NCBI RefSeq assembly: GCF_964204865.1
Contig: NC_135253.1
Span: forward strand, 14,384,001 to 14,448,000
Origin: Styela clava
Taxonomy: Eukaryota
Length of the DNA stretch: 64,000 bases
Direction of reading: 5' to 3'
How positions within the stretch are numbered: position 1 is the stretch's first letter; each line of letters starts with the position of its first letter. Below, piece by piece: positions 26,188 to 39,800 of the stretch. The position numbers were made by a program, and so were the translations under genes. Under the pieces are notes generated by a model. It saw nothing but the letters and a program-made list of their open reading frames with translations. It was not told the DNA's origin and made no database searches.

Positions 26188-29100
26188 TTACTTTTTGTCT
26201 TGCATTTCACGCAGTGCTGCCAACATCGATATGCTTCCCAGGTTTTGGATATGTTTCAAAAACACGCACGCTTGTCGATGACGACTCTTTGAAGTAGAAT
26301 ATAGGTGACTCGAAGAAATAATCAGATATATAACAATATTCATGAAATTGATAACAAGAAACGCCAACATTTCGGTCTTTCTGTGAAGAGTGCAGACAAT
26401 GTATTCGTTTTCATAGTATAAGACATTGCACCTGAAATAATTGAAATTTATTTCAAAATAGTGGTTGGCGAGACAGTTGTCGATAAATATACATACATAT
26501 TTGCAATACGTTGTTCACGTCTATTCCCTTTCATCAAGATTTTTCTCAAATAATGTGGATGATTAGGGATTTTTTCAACTAGACTTTATTGAAACAATTG
26601 TTTTAAATCAATTTTTTTACCTGTTTTGTTAAAATCAATGTCCTAATTGTTTCTATTGTATTGAATGTATTACAGCAAAAATATCGATGTAAAAACTCGA
26701 CTTATTCTTATCGTCAATATAGCTAGCTGACGAAATGCATCATCTTGCCGTAGTTTCACGGCGATGCGAATGGGAGACAAAACAATTTCTGACTCAATAG
26801 TCCTTGATTTAAAACGGGCTATTAATGATGATGTCCATAATGATTCAAATCCCATGTCAACCCGAATCTACTGATCATACAATTAGGTCACATAGTCAGC
26901 GTGTATAATGAACCGGAGGTCGATTGCTACACTTCGTTTGTTACCATTTATCTTGGTTGTTCAGTGACTTTGCTTAGCTCAAGCTTGAATACAAAATGAA
27001 AAGAAAGAAGTTGAGCGACTTACAGAAAGCTTTCTGATTCCCATATGTCAGATCCCAAAATTTCAAAAACAAACGCTATTCCTCTAATTTTCGTTAGCGA
27101 TATGATTATTGCAAAATACGTGTTTCAAGTAGTATCTGATAACCAGAAATCGACTGCTGAAATTTTCTTTGTGACACCACTGGTGCAATATTGCATCTTC
27201 CATGGGATACCCTGGTCTTCAAAGTGTTTTATGAAAGTCAGTTGGGATATAGACAGTAGGTATGGGTAACATTCCAAAGAAGAAAAATTCTCGTAACACA
27301 GCATTGAAAATAAGTGTCTGTCAAGCATTTTGGATTCATCACTCTGTGTAATTCCATGTGCCGTATTTCTTGATTTCGTTGTTTTCTTTTTTGGGATCTT
27401 CAAGATCATGGTCGTTCCGCTATATTAAAATAAGTGTTCATATAAACACGTGTGCTCTTTACATACCGAACGTAAAATAAATTCAAAACTGTAATAAGAA
27501 CGATTCATATTAAGTGTGTATTAATTCATATTAACTATACATAGTGTTTTAACAACATCAATTAAACCATAACCCACGTGAATTTCCATGTCTACCGTTT
27601 GTCCTCTGGCTTTCTCAACTGCTTTATCGAGGTCATTCCTTATACCCGGGGTATCATTGTTAACTACTTCGCCGTTTAGATGTGGTGAACGTTGTTTACA
27701 ACCGCTAACATGTAAGCTACCATCGTAGTATTCACTCCTATAGATATATTATAATCTACGGTATATACTTTGTTAAATAAATAGATTGAATATTGTTTAT
27801 TTAACACAAAAGGGGCCTGGAATCATTTCATAATATTGTATTTGTTGTTGCAACCAAAATTTGGCATTCGCTGTTATTGATGAACAAACTGCTTCTACAA
27901 TCTATTAAAATCTATTCTACAATCGTTTAAATTTTTTTCCCCAAAGGCTATCGCGTTCACTTGCTTTAAAATTTTCGTTTGATTATTTGAGGCCTCAGTT
28001 TCACATAGAGTATTAGCACTTTGAAATATTGCGCCACAAAATGGAGCGGTCGACTACGACTATGAATGTTCGACCAAAAGAGCACGAAAGAAGCGTGTCA
28101 ATTTCGTGTCTAATTATTTGAGCAGTTCTCTCTTATCTAGTAACAACTATTTGCAAGTGGTACAAATGACATATTGCGATATATACCGATAAAAGAAAAA
28201 AGGCCCAGTGTTATCTACATATATATACAGTACACATACAATTGAGCAACCCATGTTACATTCAAGTGAAAATAGTAGTGTCCCAGGCTAACCTTCGAGA
28301 TCTATCATCCGAAGAGTTTTGTAATATATTTAATGAAATTAGAGTAGCTTTACAAAACTATGCAACTCACTCATCGTATATTCCTGCAGGAACATCTTTG
28401 ACTTTCTCATAAATTTGTTTGATAAATAGTTTCATAAATTTCAAATGCTTCATCAATGGTACCCGAACTCGCAGGTTCCACCACGCAGAAGGAAGAGATA
28501 GCAAAAACGCCTAAAATAAATTTGAGCACAGAAGGCATTGTTATTGCACAAAACGCTAATATTGAGCAGTCAGAGCAAATGATCTGATTTTGAACAATAT
28601 CATAATCAATTTGCATATTTAAAATTATGTTTATTTATACTGACGTATGTGATAGAAACATTGTACTTTATCAAACCATTGGAGCACATATATATATGGT
28701 TCATTTTATTTGAGGGGTGACACAACAATAATCATATAGTGTCCGAATAGACTACCTGAAAAATCATTACATAGGGCATCCATATCATCACATTTATTGC
28801 TCTTTTTGGTTGTTGCAGGAGCTTTCCACCGTTTGCCTCGTTAAATTCGACATTGCACAAGTTCTGGATGGTATTATCATCGACATCTTTTATCACTGGT
28901 GATTCCCAACAATAAGTTTCACAATACTCGATGAAATCTGAGGAATATTCAGTTTCGTTTTTGACCGGATGACAGCTGATATTTCCCACTGCAAAATTAT
29001 ATGCAAGGTATCGTCATAACCAGTTATAGGCGATAGTATTACTATTGAAATGTAGCTTTAAAATACTCACCGACTAGTTCATTTAACTTGGCAGCGATTG

Positions 29101-29230
29101 CTAGAACAAGAACCAAACGAACGCCGATGAACTGTAAAATGCGATCTGGTACAAGTTCTGTCACTACCTCACTTTCATACCGATGTTGAAACACTTCCGC
29201 TAAAGCTGTCAAAATCCTATTTTCTGACAT
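26188..29230 (-). pseudogene. Pannexin-like paralog C, a close duplicate of B, disrupted in exon 5. Exons 29071-29230, 28756-28988, 28371-28510, 27578-27737, 27024-27419, 26188-26431
   Basis: Aligned to B, exon 5 carries +1 nt (~27385), -7 nt (~27210) and +1 nt (~27112). The first shift leads to TGA about 26 codons into the exon. The conserved GxRLMGHLKF has drifted to RVPLMKHLKF. The other exons remain open with intact splice sites. Confidence 0.8.
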
Positions 29231-30892
29231 CTTATTATTCCAATTACGCACTGAAGAATTCAAGCTAGGTATTGAATCTGTGCGCCAGCTTCATACAAGC
29301 AATCAGGAATTTTTTTAATGTATAGAATTGGGCCAAAATTGTGACATTTAACCTGAACGTATTCAAAAGAACACGTTACAACATCTATACCACAACTATG
29401 ATTAAGCCAAACTTGAATGTCGCACAATTCAAGGCTATTATAACTAGACATATGAGAAGAAGGACCAATTTGTCGACCGAACAAAATAAACGTCGACGGT
29501 TGTAAAATCTCATTGATCAAATCTAGTTTCCAGAATTGATTAAAAACAAGTAATCAATTGTGTTTCATTCTTCAAATTGGAACAGGTTAAATTAAAGTAT
29601 GTAGATATACATTCATGTGTTTAACCGATGCCGTATAAAATAGTAGTGGGAAATAGTGCTATGAAGCATATACAAAAGAGCACAATAGCTATTCTGTTTT
29701 CAATATAAGCATACGTCAGAAAAAGAGCAAAAGATAGCGCTGAGAAATCTTTTGTTACTGCTCGTATGGTGAGAGTCAGAATATTGTTGTAAGTTTTGTA
29801 TTCTGTGAATGAGTAATGGTTGGTTGTATGTGATGACAAACGGTAGATAAATCTTGTATGGCTTACTAAATTCGATTCAAACTTATTTATATATTACTCG
29901 ATGTAACGTATTTTCATGCCTGACTAACTGGTTACCGGTCAATTGAACCAGAATGGTTGTTTATTCCCCCAAGTAATGTACAGACTAATACAGCAATAGA
30001 TGAATGATGTAGTGATGAATGAATAGTTAGTGTCTCGAATTCGGAAAGTAATGGCGATGTTTCATTTAAGTCTAAAAATATATATATTAGGTCATGGAAG
30101 CGTCAACATTTTTGCAAACAGTTGAGGTAAATACGTACGACCTTACTCGTTTATTTCGTAGATCCCGGCTGTAAATGTGAATATCCTTGCGAGTGAAAAA
30201 TATCACAAACGTGGAGAATGCATGCTTCACTGCGATTCTTTAACGTCGCTTTTGAATAGAATAACATTCTATCAAACCTCATAGCGATTCGTTACCGCGT
30301 TCAATAACTTAGACGACCGAAACTTGGCGTGTTGACTTAGGTTAGAAGGCTGTAAGAAAGTCAATAGGGCTTGTTTGTCGAAACTTGGTTCTAGATTTAT
30401 TAAAGAACAAAGTATAAAAGGAAAGAAATTAATGTCAGTGAACAGTGAGTTTTAATAATTGTGAGAATCAAGTTTAAATGTAACTGTTGAATTTTCATGG
30501 GTATCATCAATAAAAAGCGTTCATAAAATTTTAAGCTTGTCGTTTGGGATTTGCACGTTAACGATAGTGTTACACAATCATTTTATACGAACTCTCGTGT
30601 CATGAATATAATTCCTTGATTACATTTTCTAGCAGTAAATCATGTTGGAAATAAATAACAATACAGAATAATTTGTTTAATTCCCGGTGAAATACACTGT
30701 ATTTGTAATATACAATGCCGCAACGCTAATCTCATACAGGAAAAGAATTACGTGCATAGTTTTTTCAGTATCAAATCTTATTACATGACTCTCTTCTCTA
30801 TAATTCTATTGAAAAAAAATAAAATGAAAGATGCAATAATATCAGTAAAATAACGTTTACTTTTACAGTGATATATACATAACAGCAATAGA

Positions 30893-33800
30893 ATGAGTCA
30901 AGCTGAAACATTACAAGGTTTAGATACAGCATCTCAGAAACATGAGCAGGAGCTTGTTATTGAGCTGTCATCTGACCGAATTCTACATTTTCTTGGAGTA
31001 TCATTACCAATACTTCTAGCGGTAGTTACCAAAATTACAGAAATAACAGATAATATATTTTACTTAATCTCTTTACCTCAAGTATTTCGGGTTCTATGTT
31101 AGTATTTATCAAAAAAATTGATAACTGACTATTGACTACGGCGCACTTCGTGAATGAAGCGTGTTTGATTGATGCTGTTTGCTTTTTATTGCACTATTCC
31201 TAAGATCTGAGTTTTGATAAAAAAAAATGGACAATAGTCACCCTGGGTGGTGAGCTCAGATCAACTAATAAAACGAGAATATCGGTCGGAGACGGAAGAC
31301 TTATCGATCGGAGGTTAGGGGATCCCCCAAAACAGCGCTCTTACTCCATAGTGACACCGTGTGTCCCATCACTAATTAATTAACAACTCGCTAATAATTA
31401 TATTACATAATTATTAATTATACGACATAATTTATCGAAAATCAATAGGCTTCTGTTCCGAACTATGATGAATGCACATGCAAAATTTGGAGCAGATTCA
31501 ACCTCGCTTTCGTGAGATATCGCGTGCATCTAACAGACAGACAGACAAATACCTATCAACATACTTACCGATCTTAAGATCGATAAGTAAAGAAAGTAAA
31601 ACATTTGAGCAACTTTCCAATAGATAGCACTTTGTGCATGAAATATGTGTCAAAATACGTATTCAATTTATAGGGCTTACCTTATTTTTTGTTATGCCTC
31701 CATTAATTTCTGATTAAAATCATTCAGAATCAGGTGGTGCAACATTGTATTTTTCACAGGCATAGATATTTTATGCAATTATGTTCTAAAGGGGAATATA
31801 TAACGAATAAAATTGATTTATTTTTGTCGTATAAGAACTTTCTATTTTCCCGTTAATCTCATTCCAAATTAAAAAGCTGGTCTTTATTGAATATTTTTCA
31901 GGTAATAATCTTTCGTGTTTTACTATTAATGAACAATCAGCATCTGCAAGCTATGTCAAACATGCTACAACATATTGTTGGGAAGAATCGCAAACCTTGC
32001 ACACGGTTAATATATCATTTTATGGACAAAATGTATCTTCGTGTGAAAAAGCGTTTGGCGAGAATAATTTGAGCCATTCATACAATCCTTCAGATTATCT
32101 TGATTGCTCTACAAGAGTTAAAAGATTCATACAATGGGTGCCATACGCAATGCTCCTGGAGGTAAGAATTACTTGCTTTGTTCGTGCATATACTCAAACC
32201 CATGACTATAGATAGACAAGACAAAATCCGAAAATCTCTACCCTACTTGTCCATATATAAATGAAGAGATAAATATATAGGAGGATCATTTAAGTTTACA
32301 TTTTTTCGATCGCCGAGCACGCTAATCAATACCAATATTACAATGTAGAATGAAAAATTCGATTCAAGAATCAACAAACAGTCGTAAGCCAAATAAAATA
32401 TTTTAATTTTAAAACGGAAATGTTCGGAGCAATATTATCTGCATAGTTAACAATTAGTCATTGATTTCTTTTTAGCTAGTCATTTTCTTATTAATAATTT
32501 ATCTCATATTTTCAACACAGGCGTTTTTATTTGCTCTTCCAATGGCATGGTGGCATTTTAAAGTTGGAGCAAGAATGATGGGACATTTAAAATTTATGCA
32601 AAAACTACTCGAAGATATATACGAAAGCGTCAAACAAATTCCCGCGGGAATATATAGATGGTACAGTTTAAGATAGATTTTATGTTATCGTAAATTTAGA
32701 TTGGCGGTAATTTTAAAACAAAACCAGAATTGCTATTAAGTTATCACTGCTGTTCGAATTTGTACAAAATATTTGCCCTCGTGTAATGGAATTACCGATA
32801 AAATATACAAAAATGTGTCCAGAGTAATCGTGTGCACGTCAAAGCCTATTTCTGAAAATTAAAGTAATGTACATTGTCACATTAGCGTGGAGAGAACCTC
32901 GAAGTAAAGTCATTTCACTGACTATTTTTGCGTCAATTTTCTACTATTTTCTTTACAGTGAACCATATGACCAAGACGGGGATTTACTCAATTGTTGGGG
33001 TAAAGTTAAAATAGAACAAAGCGAGGCAACTTCGAAACAGTCAATCACAGCTTCATCCACAAGTCCAGGCCCAAGTATTCAAGACCAACCTTCAGCAGGT
33101 GTGACATACAAAAAAGACGGTTCCAAAGTATCCATACTATCATCTGAAAACGATAGCAGCAGCAACGATGTACAACACTCAAATAATGATATAAATGCCT
33201 CGGTGAGTAGAGTATCATCTAGCTCTCAGCCAACGACAACTCCCAAAGCAGACTCTAAAATTGTTATTGCACAAATAGAATCAGTACCAACTTTACAAGC
33301 AAAGAATGGACAAAGAGATGGTGAAAAGTCAAAGGATGATCACATCAAAAATTGCCCAAAAGATGATTCGAGAACTGAAAAAACGGAAAGTTCTGTTTCA
33401 GCAAAAGAGACTACCACCGCAATGAATTCGTCTACTTCGCAAGAATCTCTTACCCAACGAAACGCCGAGGATAAAGAAAAGTCTGTTTCGTCACAGACAA
33501 AAACGGCCAAAATAGGCAAAACTCGTAAACCTTCTAATAGTTCATCAGAAGAAAACGGGAATTTTGATAATGACGAAAATAAACCACTTCTTACTCAAGA
33601 GAATTCAAGTTCTGATAACATCAAAAAGGCCATTGTTAGTGAAAAGCCATCGGTAACACAAAAAGATGAAAATATGGGTAAATCTTCTACCCAAAATAGC
33701 TCAGGCTCCCAAAATCGTACAGACGTGTCCAATGTTGTTGGAACTTCAAATGAAGAGGGAGAAAATGTATTTGATGCGGAGAAAAGAAGTATAAAAACAG

Positions 33801-35598
33801 TTATAGAGCATATTACAAAACCAGATTTTCACAGATGTAAGGATATCGAAAAAACTGGTAAATTTTTAGTTGGATTATCTTGAACGTACAAAATGTTTCG
33901 TGCAGTTCGATGAGAATTTAAATTATACCCAATCTAGGAATCAGAGGCGTAATCGAAACTTCACTTATACTTTATTTTTGAAGCCTATTTAAACACAAAT
34001 TTGTTTATATAACTATAGCCCAAAAACTGATATTTCAAGTCTGTTAAGGATGATAAATGTATTCACACATATGTAAATATCATGAGTGCCTGTAATTCCA
34101 GTGATAGTTTTGATAAACTTCAATATTCACATAAAAACCTCTTATTTTCATGAGAAGCTTAAAATTTAAATTTTTCTGTTCACTTTGATAATTACCAAAA
34201 TGAACTTCAATGTCTAATTTCGTTTTAATGATTTATCAACTATTATTTCATATTATTCAAAATCTTTATATAAATATTTTAAATTTCAGATGATGATCTT
34301 TCTTCATCCCCATTTGAAGAAAAACTTTTCAATAGAATGGAAGATCGTCACATATTTTCAATGCTTTGCTTTGAAAATTTTGCCTCCTTACAACATCAAC
34401 CTTACCTAAAATCAGTTCATCAGTTACTGACTGTTCCAGAATACGAAGAAGATAAATTACGAATACTGCCGTTAAAAGATGGCGTCATGCGTCAATTTTG
34501 TCACGAAAACAATTTCAGAAGTCGCAGCATTATCAAGATTTACCTATTAAAGTGCATTATGAGCATCACTATTGCTTTATCAATATTCATATCATTGTGT
34601 TTTTCGTTCGTCTACGTGATATTGCCTACTCTTCAAAAAACTACATTTCTGTAAGTATTACAGTTTTATATACTCACTTTTGTAGGCTTTTAATAAATAA
34701 CTTAACTTAGTTTTGTTCGATTTCAATATGGCTAATGTGATGCAAGCACATACTCTTTACAATGATAACTGACACAGTCACATAGCTATTATTTTGCTTG
34801 GAACAAAAAATTGTTTACTTGGTGAACTCGGAATTATTTGTATTAAACCTGGCCTGTATATACCTTCTGTATATTTCAGCTGTTACAATTAATTAGTAAT
34901 TGAAACGCTATACCACTGTAAATAACTTTTGTACAATATGATATAGCAATTGCGGGTCGCTGATGCCTGGTAAGGCTGTAGTTTTAAATTATTTGGACCT
35001 ACAGTGCCGGTAACTTTCATATCGCTTGAATACTGTCTCGGAATCGCCACTTAGTGTTCAATTTTTTTTCATTTCAATGACGTCTTTGCGCAAAATTGAA
35101 AACGAATCCCAAAGAACTCACAGAAATCTCTGAAATAACTAAATAATAATAGCGTTTCAGCGAAAACAACAATCTTTTATCACTAAAAGTTCTAAGCAAT
35201 TGGTCCAGAAAAATACCAATAATATTACAAACAAAACAAATAATCAACACAATAATCCATAAGGTTCATTTCGTGCTCAATAAACGGACTATCTTCCATT
35301 TCAATACCACCCCGTGTTTTAGTGCTTGTGAGTAATCATAAATAACCATTTGCTTTATAGATGCGAGCTACCATACCATGCCGAATGTTTCAGTTGTACC
35401 TTATCTGGATTAATCAACGTTCATGCAGCTTTCTTTGCGAATTGCATTGTCGTGACAATTTACTTCGTCCTCTCCTGTTGTCAACTGTATTACATACGCT
35501 CAGGTTCTAAGTTGAAAATGAGCCAATTCTTTGAAGATATACGGACGCTCAGTTCAGTTGCTCTCGTTGCTGCTCACAAGGTTCCCCAGGATAAATAA
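30893..35598 (+). CDS. Pannexin/innexin-family paralog D, ~684-700 aa, with a very long low-complexity cytoplasmic loop. Exons 30893-31049 (or -31097), 31902-32161, 32521-32660, 32959-33857, 34290-34650, 35361-35598
   Basis: Exons 2-6 splice in frame with canonical sites. Motifs IELSSDR, LSCFT...YCWEE, FIQWVPY, WWHF...GHLKF, DRHIFSMLCFENF, TFLC...C..CTL. The first donor at the conserved position reads AT, not GT (31050-31051), so functionality is uncertain. Confidence 0.72.
31262..31591 (+). mobile_element. Helentron/DINE-1-like non-autonomous element in intron 1 of paralog D
   Basis: Subterminal inverted repeat CTTATCGATC (~31300) / GATCGATAAG (~31578), (ACAG)n microsatellite at ~31533, and 3' hairpin CTTACCGATCTTAAGATCGATAAG. 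Confidence 0.6.
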
Positions 35599-35692
35599 TG
35601 AACACAGCTTTTACATAACTTATTATTATATTGATAAGCAATTTCATTTGTGTGAAACGCTTTATTGTGATTAAGAAAAGATTAATATAAAT

Positions 35693-36232
35693 CAGGAGTG
35701 GCCAATCCGCGACTCGCGAGCCGCATGTGGCTCTTGAACCGCTTTTATGTGGCTCTTTTCGCCTTTGGTTATTTAACGGAAAATATAAATTGCAAACTAC
35801 GATTTATCATTTACGATTAAACATTATAATTCATCGTGCATTTTTCTTTTACGTCGAAGATACGCCTTCATTCACTTTACCATGCAACTTCCATTATTAC
35901 GTCACAATTAAATTATTTTAAATAGTTTCCCTCTAGTCTCAGACGAGGCTGCAACTGAGTTGAAGATGATCGATCTTTATGAGGAAGACCAATTGAAATT
36001 CCATTATTACGTTATAATAAGTCCCACTAAGTAGCATGCATAATATTAATAAATGGCTTTTAAATTTCTGCCATAATCATTTCGGTTAGTGATATTTAAA
36101 ACAGCATTCCGGCACAGCTGAATAAAGGTATATATATCTGATGTTCATGTCTATTCTTGTTTATAATGTGGCTCTTCGCGGTATCAAAGTACGAAATGTG
36201 GCTCTAGGTCCCTGACTGGTTGGCCACCCCTG
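35693..36232. mobile_element. hAT-type MITE between paralogs D and E
   Basis: TIR CAGGAGTGGCCAA / TTGGCCACCCCTG, perfect 8-bp TSD ATATAAAT, subterminal TGTGGCTCT repeats. Confidence 0.88.
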
Positions 36233-36845
36233 ATATAAATGGTAAATATTGTAAGAAATCAATTGTCAGAACAATGACTGAAAATTATTTTCCATTATAA
36301 GAAAATTTATATTGTTGATTGGACAATTATCTAAATGATTTTTTTCTTAAATTAAAATACGTTTCTTACAAAATTCCATTTGATGAAGTAAATTTCACAA
36401 TCCACTACGACAAGACATGGTACATATGCAACGGTTCATGAACTACGAAATCAATTTTGTCATTGAGCTACTCGACATTGAGTGGTTACGTGATATGCAC
36501 CAAATTTGGTACCGAAGTTTTGCAAATACGAATATTTATATATACTTAAAGTGGCCTAGTTGCTTCTGTTTTTGTGTCTTTGGCACAAATAGTTTTCTAC
36601 GTTGGGCGGGAAGCTTTTTCAAATGATTTATTAAACGCAGGTTCCTATTTGCAACAATCACTATAGCTGTAATCCTTGTAAATAATGCAATTAATGATTA
36701 ATAGTGTCCATGCTTATTCGTTTATCAGGCCAATATTTCAGTCGTTGGTACCTGGCAAAACCAGCACAAAGCATAATTCATATAAGCTATAAAACACGCA
36801 TGCTATTGATAAAACAGACACTGACACACAGTGTAGTTGACTATT

Positions 36846-39800
36846 TCACTTTGCCCCATTCAATGCCACACTTCCTGTGTCGCACATTTCTTCAAAGTAA
36901 TAACTTGATGCTCGATCTTTACTTCTCCGAATGAAAATCCAATGGGAAAATGAAATAATGAGATAAAAGACATTTACAACGATACTTGCTGTAAGATAGG
37001 CAATCAAATCTGTCTTCCTATTTATAGTACAAACCATACACTTCTCTTCGTGGTAGATGACATCGCATCTGAAACAAGAGAGAAATGCTCAAAACTTGCA
37101 CACGAAACTTACACATTGGTACCAACGCTGTAAGACTGGTAACCCAGCTGACAGAAAAAGATCTGCGAACAAGTGGAAAGCTATAAAAAGTATTTGCGCT
37201 TAAATAAAACAAATCATCTACATTTTGAGTAAAATAAATCGGGTGCTACAGAAATCGCAGCGGTTTTAAAAGTAAGAGTTATCTATCTCGTGGTTCTATT
37301 CATATTCAATTACTGGTAAATACCACCAGAAAAACAGCTATGGAGTAAGTGAATTTCATCAGTTACATCCTGAAATATTATTCATATCCTGGCCTAATAC
37401 AGAAAATTGATATTGTAGACTTTGTTGTGAACAAGCATGACATAAGATACTATCTTCTAATGATAGAATCTTTGTAAGATTAATGCAAATACATTTGAAA
37501 TCTGACATGCACTAACCGAAAACTTCCGGAAGTCCAGCCATCCGATCCGAGCACGACAAGTAGCCAGGACGAAACAGCTAGGGACATAACCGAAACCAAA
37601 AATCCAAAAGCATGTTTCATCAAATAAGAACGAACAAGAAATATTCCGTTGAAATTTCTGTTGTTACACACGAGGCGTAAGATGCATTTCGTTTTCGATT
37701 TGCCAGTAAGCCCTTTACTAGAATCTTCTCGAGTTGTCATTGTGACTTTATACACGGATAAAATGTAGGGATGTTGTTCGAGTGAGAAGAAATTTTCAAA
37801 GCATAGCATTGAGAACAAGTGCCGGTCCAGCATTTCGCCTAAGATTAATTTCCTCATGATACCTTGTTGCTGTTTCACCTATATATAACAAAAACTTAAG
37901 TAAAGATAAAATGACTGTAATGAAGAAATGATGAAAATTTTACTTCCAAACACACGAAGTCAACCAAATCAAACTCTGTCTCGTGTTGTATACAGATACA
38001 TTTACGAGCATAACTCACAGAAACATAATTTACTTACATTCGTCTCCGTGCCCTAATTATGTTATGTCACCTGTTGTAGCCTATATGTTATTTTGCTGGT
38101 AGGTGAATTTTGGCATGAGATCGATCGGGTTAAATCTGCCTGTATCCAAGGAGCTTAGCAAATTTAAAGCTAATAAATTTTCTTTCTGGCGGTGCACTCT
38201 CTCCAATCAATACGAATAAACGAATCTTTTCCTATAACAGCGTTGAATATTCACAAATATTTACCTCGTTATCCGAGTTTATAGGAATAACACAATTGTT
38301 GTTTGAATTGTTCGAAACATCATTTTTATCTCGTTTGTCAGTTTGTGCGTCGGCGTCGACAGGCGTGTCACCGTCGGCGGGCTTTTCATCGTTGTCGTTC
38401 TCAACCTTCGTGTGAGGTATATTGTGACTTTCTTGAACGCTGGTTGCACTTTTAACAGGTTCAACAGAACTTTTTAGCTCGTCACGTTTGTATTCAGGTC
38501 TATACTTCACCCAACCATCAAGAAAATAACTTTCAGAGTCATATGCGGAATTTCTGAAATAATTGTAACAAGGAAATAACACATTTTATGAGGAAATACT
38601 TATGTGCATCACATAATAATAAGATGGCGCACAACCTGAACTCATGTTGTGTACCCGGTTAGGGTTCAGGTTATGCGACATCTTGGTGCGCATACTTCAG
38701 GAGTTCCCAGATAATTTGTTTTTCTCCGAATTTTTTAGAATCTCAGCAATACTCCGTCCTAATTTACGTTTTCGTTTCGTGACGAATATTAGCGACAATG
38801 TTCAAGCCCTCTATTGGTACAGATAGATCATCAAAAAAATATTATAGAGGTTAATACAAATACCCTTGATACACTCCTCTTCCTTTCGGTTTCACTGCAT
38901 TATAAATGTCATCAAGCAAAAGTTTCATAAACTTTAAATGACCCATTAATCTTGCACCAACTCGAAAATGCCACCACACAGATGGAAGAGCAAATAGAAA
39001 AGCCTGTAAATAGAATAAAATGATTACATTCTTTGGTAAATAGAAGTGCTTGATTGTATTGCGAGGTTACTTTCTTAATGTTAATAAAACTGCAAGTCTA
39101 ATTAAACAACATTTAAAATCAACGAACAAGTATTTAAATCCGAATAACTTTGATTCCTTCTAACAGCTTATGATAACAACAGCTCAATAAATCGGTCGAA
39201 GCGGGTGCCTTCTCAAACTGATAAAGAAGTGTGCTTAGATTAGGGTATATAACAGAGGTGGGCAAGGTATTTGAACCAGGGGCCAAAAATTTTGCCCACT
39301 TAGACTGTCGGGCCAATATAGTGTGACGTAAAGAGTTGCATTTTTGAACAATATTTACAGTGTTACAAAAATAAAATTCTTTGAGCTTTCAAAATTTGGT
39401 TTCAGTTTGGTTGTGGCAGCATAAGGCGGGCCAGATTGAATAACCCAACTGGTCGAATTTGGCCCGCGGGCCGGGCTTTGCCCATGTCTGGTATGTAATA
39501 TATTTTCATAGTACATGTTACATAGTACTAAATCATTTTTAGCAAACGTTTTGAACATTTTACCTCAAATAACATTCCATAGGGCATCCATTGCAAGAAT
39601 GATTTAAAAAATGCCGGATTTTGGAGCAAATTTTTCTCATTAAGATCGTTATGTTGTAAATTACAACTGGTTACAATGCTTGGAGTATTCATTTCATTAG
39701 TCGAAGAAACAGCGAATGACTCCCAACAGAAACTCTTCGCATAAGCAATGAAACTGACATCAACTGTTATGTTTGACGGTGCTAGGCTTGCACGTAATTG

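Noticed and set aside
32867-33883. 338-aa ORF as a stand-alone mucin- or dentin-like gene
   Set aside because: It is exon 4 of paralog D plus intronic flanks, with splice sites at 32959 and 33857 in phase with the neighbouring exons.
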